Source: Deltaproteobacteria bacterium (GTDB lineage Bacteria > Desulfobacterota > Binatia > HRBIN30 > JACQVA1). From it: a stretch of 64,000 nt of DNA. Every line of letters starts with the position of its first letter. Positions within the stretch are counted from its first letter, which is position 1. Positions 50,902 to 59,982 of the stretch are shown here, in pieces. The stretch spans positions 835 to 64,834 of the forward strand of contig JACQVA010000127.1 of assembly GCA_016210005.1 (NCBI GenBank). Direction: 5' to 3'. The notes under the pieces were generated by a model. That model saw only the letters and a list, made by a program, of their open reading frames with translations, was not told the origin of the DNA and did no database searches. Position numbers and translations under genes: made by a program.

Positions 50902-52845
50902 ATGATGCCCCGGCAAGGGGGAGTGATGGAACGGATCTGTGGCCCGGAGCGACCGGGAGGACAAGGTCTCGATGCGCAACAGGAGGAGTCCGGCAACCGC
51001 GCGATCGTGGCGCTGCTTACCGACCCACAAGTGCGGGAGCAGACGGATTTGGTGATCACTTGTCGTGACCAAGCCTACGAGGTGTGGGCGCGGCGCGGTA
51101 TGATCCGCTTCCAGCGCGTATTAGCCGAGGGGCGCTACCATTACCGCATCGTCGAGCAGATCGGTGTCAACCCGATCGCGGACCAGCGCCACACGCTCCT
51201 GGCCACCTGCGCCGAAGAGCTGCAAGCCGCCGGCACCGGCGGACATCGTACCGCCGACGCCAATCAGGCATTCATCGAGCCGGAGCAAGCCAGCTATCCG
51301 CACGCCTACGAGCGCATCGCGCAGTTGTTCGACAGCCCGAACGCTCCCGACCTGGTGATCAACCCCAAGCCGTACGCCTTCGGCTTGCAGCTCGGGCAAC
51401 ATGGCGCACTCGACGTCGTGCAATCGCGCGCCCCGCTGGCCTTTGCCGGCCCCGGGGTTCGCCCGGGCCTGTACGAGAGCGCGCCCCGCCACGTGGATAT
51501 CGCCCCCACCATCTGCCGCGCGCTGGGCTTCCCGGCCATTGACGGGGCAAATGAGACCGGGCGCACCGCCGCTGAGCGCGGCGTCGCCCCCGACGTCTAC
51601 CTGAAGCGGCAGGACGGCAACGTGCTCGACGAGGTCCTCGATCCGGGCCAGCGCCCCGCGCGGGTCTATGTCGTGATCTTTGACGGGCTCAGCAACAGCG
51701 AGCTGCAACACCTGCTCGACACCGACGACCACGCCATTACCAACCTGCGGCGGATCTTGGACCGCAGCGCGCGTTTCCGTTACGGCTCGACGGTAAACTT
51801 CCCGTCAATCACCTGGCCGAGCCACAGCACGCTGCTCACCGGGGCCTGGTGCGGGCACCACGACATCGTCAACCCGAGCTACTACGAGCGGGCCACGCGC
51901 CGGGCGCTCACGCCCCAAGGCCAGGGGCTGCAAACCGAGGGCTACCTTGGCAGCGGGGTCGAAACTCTGTACGAGGCATTCCATCGCGTGCTCGGCCCAC
52001 AGGCGTTCACGGCCAATATTCACGAGCCGCAGGGGCGCGGCGCCGACCACGCCGCCCTCGAACGGCGCATCGTCGGCCCGCGCGACCGCCTCAAGGCGCT
52101 GACGGCGGAGTTCAACGAAACCATCAGCCCGCGCTATCTCGCCGACGGCCACGAGGGCGTGCACCGCGAGGCGGCGCTGGACGCGCGCGGCATGGCTCAG
52201 GCGATGGTACTGTTCGACAATCCGGCGCAAGCACCGCCGCTGTTGCTGGTGCACGAGTTCTCGGTCACTGACGGCGCCGGGCATGACTACGGCCCGCACG
52301 GCGCCGGGCTGCGCACGGCCGTCGCCCAGGCCGACAAATGGCTCGGCCAAGTGCTCGACTTGCTCGCCGCCAAGGACCTGCTCGATTCCACGCTGTTCGT
52401 CTTCACCGCCGATCACGGCATGGCCGCGCAGAATGCCGGCTTGGCCGCTAACCCGGCGCGGCATCTCGAACGCATCGGCATGAAGACGATTACCGGCGAG
52501 CCGATGGTCTGGCTGCGCGACCTGGCGGTCGAAGTCGAGCCCGCGCCCGACGGCCGCACCGCCCGCATCACTGTGCTCGACAACGATCTTGACCCGGCCG
52601 GCGAACACCCGCCGGTCGGCGGTGCCGAAATTCTTGTGCACGCGCATCCTGAAACCCTGCTGGCGCGGTTGCAGACCGGCCCGGAGGGCGTCGCGGGCTT
52701 GGCGACGCCGGCGGATGTCAGGCCTGCCGCCATAGTCCTCTCCGTCCGCCATCCGGACTTCAACCCGCGCCACCTACGGTTGGACGGCAGCGCGCTCGTC
52801 ATCGACCCGCGCCGCCAGTTGTACGAACGCGAAGTGGCGCGCTGA
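50902..52845 (+). CDS. Alkaline-phosphatase superfamily enzyme (type I phosphodiesterase / nucleotide pyrophosphatase-like)
   Basis: VIFDGLSNSEL...NFPSITWPSHSTLLTGAWCGHHDI is a metal-site region. The later segments VHEFSVTDGAGHDYGPHG and FTADHGM are also present. Confidence 0.55.
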   Translation: MMPRQGGVMERICGPERPGGQGLDAQQEESGNRAIVALLTDPQVREQTDLVITCRDQAYEVWARRGMIRFQRVLAEGRYHYRIVEQIGVNPIADQRHTLLATCAEELQAAGTGGHRTADANQAFIEPEQASYPHAYERIAQLFDSPNAPDLVINPKPYAFGLQLGQHGALDVVQSRAPLAFAGPGVRPGLYESAPRHVDIAPTICRALGFPAIDGANETGRTAAERGVAPDVYLKRQDGNVLDEVLDPGQRPARVYVVIFDGLSNSELQHLLDTDDHAITNLRRILDRSARFRYGSTVNFPSITWPSHSTLLTGAWCGHHDIVNPSYYERATRRALTPQGQGLQTEGYLGSGVETLYEAFHRVLGPQAFTANIHEPQGRGADHAALERRIVGPRDRLKALTAEFNETISPRYLADGHEGVHREAALDARGMAQAMVLFDNPAQAPPLLLVHEFSVTDGAGHDYGPHGAGLRTAVAQADKWLGQVLDLLAAKDLLDSTLFVFTADHGMAAQNAGLAANPARHLERIGMKTITGEPMVWLRDLAVEVEPAPDGRTARITVLDNDLDPAGEHPPVGGAEILVHAHPETLLARLQTGPEGVAGLATPADVRPAAIVLSVRHPDFNPRHLRLDGSALVIDPRRQLYEREVAR

Positions 52846-52871
52846 CAGGGGCGCGATCAGCTCCCCCAACC

Positions 52872-53309
52872 TCAATGCCGCGGCGCCAGCGTGTGTTTGT
52901 GCTCAGTGATCGTGCAATGCTGCAAACACACCTTCCCGCCGTCCTGCTTCTTCGCCCGCAGGACCGTTCGCTTCACCGGGCGGGACAAGAACTCATACTT
53001 CAAGTTGGGCTCGTGCGCGCCGGGCGGCAATGCCAACGAGGAGTTCTCCTTCACTACCTCCCAGTTCTTGTCGACCAACGTCAGGCTGGCAATGCGGCTG
53101 CCGAGGTCGACTTCGCACGGCCTCGCGCGTGGCTTGTCGTCCGGCTTTCGCTTGAAACGGCTCTGGTATCCGCCGCGCAGCAGCTGCCGCCAGGTTTCAT
53201 TGAGACGGCCGATCTCGCCGTTACCGGTTGCGGCCACCCGCGGGCTGGCTTGGTGTGTTTGGCGCCGCGGCGCTGGCTTGCGCTTATTGTCCCTCTTGCT
53301 CCGAGGCAT
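52872..53309 (-). CDS. Small basic hypothetical protein with a C-terminal Cys/His cluster; the last gene of the novel operon
   Basis: The N-terminus is Arg/Lys-rich (MPRSKRDNKRKPAPRRQ). The C-terminus is CLQHCTITEHKH. There is no family assignment. Confidence 0.3.
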   Translation of the reverse strand: MPRSKRDNKRKPAPRRQTHQASPRVAATGNGEIGRLNETWRQLLRGGYQSRFKRKPDDKPRARPCEVDLGSRIASLTLVDKNWEVVKENSSLALPPGAHEPNLKYEFLSRPVKRTVLRAKKQDGGKVCLQHCTITEHKHTLAPRH

Positions 53310-53329
53310 AGTGCACTCTCCCTGTTGCG

Positions 53330-55645
53330 CTATTGCTTAGCCAGTCGTTGTTCGAGCCCGAGCGCTTGTAGATCAGGGTCCGGGCGCAACAGCGCGCGCG
53401 GCACCTCGCGCAGATCGAGAATGTCGGCGAAGTGGGGCAAGTCGAGCGCGCGCAGTTGCTCGTCCAGCTCGACGAGGAGACGCAGGTCCGCCGGCTCATA
53501 GTCCTCCGGATTGGCGACCGAGCAGCGTTCACCCTCGAAGAGGTCGGCATCGAGGATGGCGTTGACGGCGTAGCGCGCGGACTCGTTGGCGGCTTCCATG
53601 CTGGTCAGCCGGGTGTGGGTTTGCATCAGCACTCCGGCGAGCACCAGCTTGTTGAAATGCACCCGGTAATTGCCCGGCTGGCCCGGGCGGCGGCGGTATT
53701 GGCCCGGGCGGTTGGTCAGGTAGGGCATGCGGTTCTTGTTCGGCAGATTGGGTCGCGCGCTACCGGGCCGGCCGAAGACGATACCGTCATCGAGATGGTA
53801 GAAGACCGGGTCGGGCAAGTGCCGGGGCTGCAAGCCCTGGGCGGCGAGCTGTTTTTCCGCGATCGAGCGGATCTGGGCCCAGGCTTCGCGGGCGATCTCA
53901 TCGCGGGTGCATTCCCAGGCGCAACGGCCGTTACCACCGGGATTCGACCAGTCGGAGATGTCGACCGAGAGCACGCCGCGGTAGCCGCTCCACCAGCCGC
54001 GCTTCTCCATCCAGAACTGCGGCTGCGCGATGGCCGACAGGCGCCAGGGCGAATCGGGGTAGACCGAGTGGCCTTCCAAAATGCGGATGTCACTGTTGAA
54101 GTAGTACTGGATGCCGCTCATATGGGCGTAGCCGCCGCCGCTGTCGGCGGCCGTGCGCACGCCCAGGGGGAAGCTGCGCAGGCGCTCGAAGTCTTCCCCG
54201 TACAGCTCGGGGTAATCGCGCGCCAAGCCCTGGAGCACGTGCGCCGGCAGGGCGAGGACGTAGTAGTCACGGATCAGCGCGGCCGCGTGCTCCTCCTCTT
54301 GCGCTTTGCCGCGGGGCCGCTGCGCGCCGTCTTCTTGCTCGCGCTCGACGATCACCATCGGCCACACCTGGCCGTCGAAGAACTCGAAGCCGTCGAGGAC
54401 ACCGCGCCGGAATTCGACTCCTTGGGCCTCCAGATAACGCCGCCAGTGATCAAACCACACTTGGCTGGCAGGGCCGTTGAGCGTACCGTCGACGCGGGCC
54501 GCGGGGTCGAACTGGTCGTGCAGCATCTGCGCGGCGATGGTGCCGTAGGTGCGGGCATCGCACTGCCGCGCGGTCATGGCCAAGGCGGTCTGAGTGGTGG
54601 TCTCGATATATTTCTGCGCCCCCGGGCTGAACTGCTCGGCCTCGAGGAAGTTCCACCACGACATCTGCTCGTAGTCGGCGCGGCGCGCCTTACAGCTGGT
54701 CATGTACTTGAACATCTTGAGCTGAAAGCGCGCCACGTCACTGAGCGTGAGCCCCATGGCCTTGAGCAGGTCGCAGAGCTCGTCGAAGAACGCCTGCACC
54801 GACGGCGTCGTGCGGCGGCGAAATGCCGAGGGCGCCTTGGCCGTGCTGGTGCCGAGCCCCTGGAACGGCGTCGGCACGACGTTGTCGAGCACCGTGCGGG
54901 GGCTCTCCTCGAACATCGGCCGGTCTTCCTTGGCCACGGGAGTGCGCCGCATGCTGTCGAAGAGGTTGCGGTAGAACGACGGGAAGAAGCGGAAACCGTG
55001 CTCGCCGGGAACCCAGTCTTCGACGATGTGGAAGGAGACGAAGTCGCGCTCCGCGTCCGGCCGGCTCCAGTCGTCGGCAAACCCGAGCCCCATGGCTACC
55101 GGCTTGAGCTCGAGCACGCGGCCACTCTTCTTCAGCTCCGGGCTGAGCAACTTGCGCAGCTGTTCCTTGACCGCCAGCGCGCGTTGCCAATCGATGCGCT
55201 CCGGCTTGCGGTAGTTCTCGTACGGGACGGCCCCGCGTTGGTCGCAGTGGCCGCGCACCTCGACCAGCTTTACGGCCTCGGCTTCGAGTAGCTCCTTGAC
55301 CACGGCCTGCAAGGCGTCGCTGGCGGCCGCGGGCTCGGCAAAGCGCGTGGAGTTCTTGCGGAACTTGATCCTAGCGTCCGGCAACAGCCGCAGTTGCTGC
55401 GTCGAGAACATGGGGCCGGCCGCCAGCGGTCGGTCCACCCGCTCCCACTGGGTGTGAGCCATGCCGCCGACGCCGCAGGCGACGCCGTCGATGCGCTCGA
55501 AGATCGAGGGCTTGCGCATCTCGTAGACCTCGACCTTGTACCCGCGCTCGACCAGCTCGTGGGCCACGGTCAAGCCGGTGATACCAGCGCCGAAAACAGC
55601 CACCTCCTTGGGCTTGCTCAGGTAATCGCTAAGACTGTTGCTCAT
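53330..55645 (-). CDS. 771-aa flavin amine-oxidase-fold protein (NAD/FAD Rossmann N-terminus, amine-oxidase C-terminal closure) with an embedded OmpA-like motif
   Basis: The N-terminus reads KEVAVFGAGITGLTVAHELVERGYKVEVYE. The internal motif reads RIKFRKNSTRFAEPAAASDALQAVVKELLEAEAVKLVEVRGHCDQRGAVPYENYR...RALAVKEQL; compare the OmpA C-domain pattern F-x-SA-L-x8-L-x13-GHTD-x2-G-x3-YN-x2-LS-x2-RA-x2-V. The C-terminus reads LVLAGVLMQTHTRLTSMEAANESARYAVNAIL. Confidence 0.6.
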   Translation of the reverse strand: MSNSLSDYLSKPKEVAVFGAGITGLTVAHELVERGYKVEVYEMRKPSIFERIDGVACGVGGMAHTQWERVDRPLAAGPMFSTQQLRLLPDARIKFRKNSTRFAEPAAASDALQAVVKELLEAEAVKLVEVRGHCDQRGAVPYENYRKPERIDWQRALAVKEQLRKLLSPELKKSGRVLELKPVAMGLGFADDWSRPDAERDFVSFHIVEDWVPGEHGFRFFPSFYRNLFDSMRRTPVAKEDRPMFEESPRTVLDNVVPTPFQGLGTSTAKAPSAFRRRTTPSVQAFFDELCDLLKAMGLTLSDVARFQLKMFKYMTSCKARRADYEQMSWWNFLEAEQFSPGAQKYIETTTQTALAMTARQCDARTYGTIAAQMLHDQFDPAARVDGTLNGPASQVWFDHWRRYLEAQGVEFRRGVLDGFEFFDGQVWPMVIVEREQEDGAQRPRGKAQEEEHAAALIRDYYVLALPAHVLQGLARDYPELYGEDFERLRSFPLGVRTAADSGGGYAHMSGIQYYFNSDIRILEGHSVYPDSPWRLSAIAQPQFWMEKRGWWSGYRGVLSVDISDWSNPGGNGRCAWECTRDEIAREAWAQIRSIAEKQLAAQGLQPRHLPDPVFYHLDDGIVFGRPGSARPNLPNKNRMPYLTNRPGQYRRRPGQPGNYRVHFNKLVLAGVLMQTHTRLTSMEAANESARYAVNAILDADLFEGERCSVANPEDYEPADLRLLVELDEQLRALDLPHFADILDLREVPRALLRPDPDLQALGLEQRLAKQ

Positions 55646-56073
55646 ATTGCCTCCTCTCGTGGCGCGCCGGAGTTCAGGCGGTATGACTGCAGTAGCTGTG
55701 GAAACGACGGTGCGCGCACCGCCCCGTGCAGGTACGCCATCAGACCGTCGTAGAAGCCGAGCACGTCGTCGGGGTGGCCGCGCAACTGTAACTGCTCCGC
55801 GAGCACGGCCTCGAGCAGCGTGGATTGCGCGTCAACCAGCGCCAGAATCGCCGCGCGCGTGGTCCGCACGCTCAGCGCGGGCCGCTGGTGCGCAATCACG
55901 GTGAGAGCCGCGGCGCGCTCGAACCGCAAGCATACGGTGTCGTCATCGACCGTGATGGCAACCGCCCGCGGCGCCAAGCGCCGGCACATCTCCTCGTAGG
56001 CGTGCGGCAGCTCGCGGCGCAGCACGGCGAAGGACTCGGCCAAGAAGTCGGAGAAGCGCTTCTCAGTAGTCAC
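55642..56073 (-). CDS. Hypothetical protein, possibly SCP2-like fold
   Basis: AVAITVDDDTVCLRF...ILALVDAQSTLLEAVLAEQLQLRGHPDDVLGFYDGL loosely fits the SCP2 pattern. There are 4-nt overlaps on both sides. Confidence 0.35.
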   Translation of the reverse strand: MTTEKRFSDFLAESFAVLRRELPHAYEEMCRRLAPRAVAITVDDDTVCLRFERAAALTVIAHQRPALSVRTTRAAILALVDAQSTLLEAVLAEQLQLRGHPDDVLGFYDGLMAYLHGAVRAPSFPQLLQSYRLNSGAPREEAI

Positions 56074-57130
56074 GGATAAACTCCAGAATCGAGCGGCCGC
56101 AAAACTCCACCCGTTCGCCGTCGATGCAGCCCTGCACGCTGGCGCGCGCCGAGACTTCGTTGAAGATCGTCACCCCCAACCTGGTCTCGCTCGGAATCAC
56201 CACTTGCGCCATATCACTGCCGGTGCAGCGGCAGGTGAGCCAATCGCCGCGGGCGCGCGCCCGCACCTCGTACGAGCGCGGCACATCGGTCGAGCACTCG
56301 GGCGCCACCAGCGCCATCACGCGCGGCACCTTGAACACCTGCGCCGGCCGCAGGTGCACCAGCTCGGCCTCGGCCTCGAGGTCGCACTCGCGAAACAGCG
56401 CCAGCAAGTGCGCGCCGCGCCACAGCAGCAGCTGCTGCGCCAACGCGCGGGTGCGCGCCCGATCGGTCAGGCGCACGAAGGTGAGGCACCACGGCACCGT
56501 CTCGCTCTCCGGCAGGACAAAGCCCCACTCCCACGACACGTCGTGACCCCACAGAAAGTGACCCCAGTTGTGGTCGTGGTACGCCGGCGCACCGTCGAGC
56601 TGGTAGCGCCGCCCCGCCACCGTGACCACGCCGCGGACTTGCAGCCGCGGCACCACCACCCAGTTCAGCGGCGGCCCGTCGAGCATGGGAATACTGGGCA
56701 CATAAGCCGGCTGCGTCACCGGCGCCAGTGCCAGCTCGACGGTGATCGGCCGTTCTCGCAGAGCAACCGCAATCAGGAAGCGGCCGTCGTGAAACCGCAG
56801 CCGGTTGCCGCCGAAGGTCAGGTCGATGCGCCCGCCCCGCGAAGTCGCTTCCGCCATGGCGAACTGCTCGACGTCGCCGTCCCAGCCGCGCTCGCGCAGC
56901 AGCAAGACCAGGCGCGGAAATTCCGCCCCCTGCAGCGCCCGCGGCCGCGCATCGTCGCAGTAACTGAAGTTGACCAGCAGATCGAGCTCGGCGCTGAGGA
57001 CGACGAAGTGTTGCCACTCCTTGTGATGGCGCGCTCCGCCGAGGGCGAAGGGCGATCGCCGGACGAAGTCGATGCGCTCGATGGCTTGCCCGAAATCGCC
57101 GAGCGCCGGCGCGGCTGCCGGCACCGTCAT
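56063..57130 (-). CDS. Hypothetical 355-aa protein (conserved YHDHNWGHFLWGHDVSWEWGF segment)
   Basis: The frame is open, and an ATGA overlap links it to the upstream small ORF. The composition is Trp-rich and beta-strand-like. There is no confident family assignment. Carotenoid 1,2-hydratase (CrtC), lipocalin-like, is one low-confidence guess. Confidence 0.45.
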   Translation of the reverse strand: MTVPAAAPALGDFGQAIERIDFVRRSPFALGGARHHKEWQHFVVLSAELDLLVNFSYCDDARPRALQGAEFPRLVLLLRERGWDGDVEQFAMAEATSRGGRIDLTFGGNRLRFHDGRFLIAVALRERPITVELALAPVTQPAYVPSIPMLDGPPLNWVVVPRLQVRGVVTVAGRRYQLDGAPAYHDHNWGHFLWGHDVSWEWGFVLPESETVPWCLTFVRLTDRARTRALAQQLLLWRGAHLLALFRECDLEAEAELVHLRPAQVFKVPRVMALVAPECSTDVPRSYEVRARARGDWLTCRCTGSDMAQVVIPSETRLGVTIFNEVSARASVQGCIDGERVEFCGRSILEFIRDY

Positions 57131-57444
57131 CAGACTAGCACCCCGCGGAGTTCTAGGCGGCGCGCCGGCTTGGGCGGCTCCTCGGGCGACTGAGTAGCGG
57201 AGCGGGCCGCGCTCAGATGCGTCATCACTTGTCGTGACAGAGCGATCAAGCCGAGAGCGGCGTCGACGACCGGGGCAGGCTCAGCGCCGGCGGCGGCGCC
57301 GGCCGACGGCCGGCCATAGTCGTCCGCCAAGCAATCGAGTTGCCGGCAGAAGGACACCAGGCCGAGCGCGACCTGCAGGAACATGTTGCGGTCGTCGAAC
57401 TCGTCGCCGAGTTTATGCAGTGCCGGAGCCATTGCTATTGGCAT
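57130..57444 (-). CDS. Hypothetical small protein (104 aa at most; start uncertain)
   Basis: The stop codon overlaps the ATG of the downstream 355-aa gene (ATGA). Confidence 0.3.
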   Translation of the reverse strand: MPIAMAPALHKLGDEFDDRNMFLQVALGLVSFCRQLDCLADDYGRPSAGAAAGAEPAPVVDAALGLIALSRQVMTHLSAARSATQSPEEPPKPARRLELRGVLV

Positions 57445-57829
57445 CGCCGCGCGCGAATTCGAGCAGCGCGCGATCGAGATCTGGGCGACTGATGGCCTGC
57501 ACTACGGCATCGATGATCGCGCTCGGCATCACCGCCTCCGGGCTGTCTTCGAGCGCGTTGAGCATCGAGCCCTCCCACAACGCCCGCCCGCGCCGGATCA
57601 GTTCCGAGCCGGCCAGCTGCGCCTGCCAGCGCCGGCCTTCCGGTGTTTGCGCGAAGCGGCGCCCTTCCGCCACCAACGCGCGAAACGCCGCCTGTGCCGC
57701 CGCCGGGTGCTTTAGCATCAGCAGCGCCGCGGCCCGCAGCACGGTGGCGAGGGAATCCTCGACCGGCAACAACAGGTGCGGGGCGTCTTCCCAGCGCTCA
57801 GCCTGCGGCCCACACCCAGGCTGCGTCAC
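57413..57829 (-). CDS. Hypothetical helical protein (about 139 aa), GTG start overlapping the upstream stop (GTGA)
   Basis: The in-frame GTG at 57829 overlaps the stop of the 217-aa gene. The track's 202-aa ORF is its over-extended form. Confidence 0.3.
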   Translation of the reverse strand: MTQPGCGPQAERWEDAPHLLLPVEDSLATVLRAAALLMLKHPAAAQAAFRALVAEGRRFAQTPEGRRWQAQLAGSELIRRGRALWEGSMLNALEDSPEAVMPSAIIDAVVQAISRPDLDRALLEFARGDANSNGSGTA

Positions 57830-58479
57830 TGTAACACCTCGACTTCCAAGCTCAGGCGGCCGACCACCTTGGCCCCGGCGCAGACGTTCGCTTCGCCCCG
57901 ATAGCAACCCGCGCCGGCGCGCTGATCGGGCACGACCACGAACTGAAAGCGTGCGCTCTGGCGGGGCTCCAGCTCGTTGTAGCCCGCTACCGCCCGGCCT
58001 TGGTCGTCGATACGTTCGCAACTGACCATGGCCGGCAGCACGAGACCGCCGGCCTCTTGGCGCAGCACGGGGACCGTAAAGGAGACTTGCGCGCGCTGCG
58101 CCAGCGGGTTCTCGATGACCAAGCGTGCCGTCGCGCGCTCACCCGGCTTTGCCGCCGCCTTCAGGCTGAGTTGCGCCGGCGAGGGCGCATGACGGCCGAG
58201 ACGAACGAGAGTATCGGCTATGAAGTCGAAATGCTTGCCGCTGAGCTTCAGCCATTGCTCGTAGTTCAGCAGCGATAGCCGTGTGACGTCGAACAACAGG
58301 TCCGAAGCTTCGCTCTGTACCGACGGCGGCAAGGCGTAGGGTGCGGCCTGGCCGCTTTGCGCCAGCGGCGAGCGCTGCTTCAGTTCGTGAATCAAGCGTA
58401 GCTGCTGCACTGCGGTCGCGAGTGCCGCCGCCCGCGCCCGTTTCAGCAGTTCGGCGTCGTCCCGTGGTTCGTCTGTCAT
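57826..58479 (-). CDS. Hypothetical 217-aa protein
   Basis: The ORF starts 12 nt after the stop of the polyprenyl synthase gene. The C-terminal half is beta-rich. There is no family assignment. Confidence 0.4.
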   Translation of the reverse strand: MTDEPRDDAELLKRARAAALATAVQQLRLIHELKQRSPLAQSGQAAPYALPPSVQSEASDLLFDVTRLSLLNYEQWLKLSGKHFDFIADTLVRLGRHAPSPAQLSLKAAAKPGERATARLVIENPLAQRAQVSFTVPVLRQEAGGLVLPAMVSCERIDDQGRAVAGYNELEPRQSARFQFVVVPDQRAGAGCYRGEANVCAGAKVVGRLSLEVEVLQ

Positions 58480-58491
58480 ACGCCACCTTCC

Positions 58492-59648
58492 TTACCATTC
58501 CCGGCTGACCGCGAAGTCGACAAGACCGCGCAAGAAGTCGCGATGCAGTGACGGAGTCAGCCACTCGGCCTTGGCCAGCGCCTTACTGGCCTTGAGCGCG
58601 AAGCGTCGCGCCACGCTGCGGGCGTAGTCGACGCTGCCGCGGCGTTTAATCAAGTTGAGCAGGTAGTCGATTTCTTTCTGCGTCTTGACGCCGGCGCCGT
58701 TGCCGGCGCGCGCCACGGCGTCTTCGATCACCCGCCTAGCCGCAGGCCTGAGCTGAGCGCGCGCCTGCAAGTCGTCCAAAACCGCGGCCAGCTGCTGCGC
58801 CGTGCCGGGCGCCGGCAACGGCCGGCGCTTGCCGAGGATGCGCCAGGCGCGCTTGCGCTCCGTGTCGCTGGCGGTGCGCAGGGCATGCATTAGGATGAGC
58901 GTATGCTTGCCCTCCCACAGGTCGCCGGCGATCTCTTTGCCGTAGACTTCACCCTCGCCGGTGAGGTTGAGAACGTCGTCTTGAATCTGGAAAGCGACGC
59001 CGAGCAAGCCGGCGAAGCGGCGTAAGGCGGCGCTATGTTCGGGGGTCGCCCCGGCGACGATGCCGCCGATGACTGTGGGCGCGATGAAGGTGTACCAACT
59101 GGTCTTCTTGAACACCATGCGGAGGTAGTCGCTATCGGCCAGCTGCCACTGGTGACTGCGGATCCAGTCCAGTTCGATGGCCTGCCCTTCGGTGGATTCG
59201 CGGGCCATGCGCGCCACGACTTGCAGGATGCGCAGGGCTTTGCCCAGCCCGAGCAGGCGCATGTTGTCGAGCAGCGGCTCCAGCGCCAGGGCCAGCATCG
59301 CGTCGCCGACGTTGACCGCTATCGGCATCCCATGGGACCAGTGCAGCGTCGGCCGGCCGCGCCGATTCTCCGAGCCGTCCTCGACGTCGTCGTGGATCAG
59401 GAAAGCATTATGATACAGCTCCAGGATCGCGGCCGAGCGCAGCACCGCCTCCAGCGATCCGCCGAGCGCGCGGCAGGTGGCGATACACAGCGCCGGGCGC
59501 AAGGCCTTGGCCTCGCGCAGCGGGTAGTCGAGTACCAGCCCGTAGAGCACCGCATGACAGCGGCTGCTCTTCGGGATGATCTCGCGGATCTCGTGCAGCG
59601 TCAGCTGGCGACAGTCGGTCAAGTAGGCATCCAACTCGGCTGAATCCA
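58492..59648 (-). CDS. Polyprenyl diphosphate synthase (trans-isoprenyl diphosphate synthase; GGPP-synthase-like) with a C-terminal extension of about 90 aa
   Basis: The FARM motif is FLIHDDVEDGSENRRGRPT. The SARM motif FQIQDDVLNLTG reads DDVLN, with the last Asp replaced by Asn. The conserved KT, GQ and KxxD blocks are present. The start is taken at MDSAELD. Confidence 0.8.
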
Positions 59649-59982
59649 TCCTGCTTTCGTCCGTGCGGCCGGGGCGGTGTAGTCTCGCCGCTGTTACTGA
59701 ACTAATCGTTTCGCTGCGTAGCACAAACGCAACACACGGCTCAAGCGCAAAAGACCAAGCCGTAAACCCGCACCGGGCAGCATCCAGGCAATTCTGCAAC
59801 CTAGCGTGCCACGCGCCTCATCGCGGCCGCGTTGCGCGCCACGTCCAAGCACTCGCCTATCCCGCGCGACCGCTCGACTCGGCTACTGACTACGCCGCGC
59901 AGACAGGGTAATGTGAGCCATGGTTTTCTTGCACATCATCAGGCGCGAACCACTTGCGGGCTTTCGCCCGGTTGGGGGCGCA

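Noticed and set aside
53432-55291. 619-aa plus-strand ORF
   Set aside because: It is antisense to the 771-aa flavoprotein, which has a clear Rossmann N-terminus and FAD-closure C-terminus.
59787-59806. Sigma-54-like element (RC TGGCAC-gctagg-TTGCA) upstream of the novel operon
   Set aside because: The spacer is 6 nt rather than the obligatory 5 nt between TGGCAC and TTGC. Sigma-54 is intolerant of spacing changes, so I do not call it.
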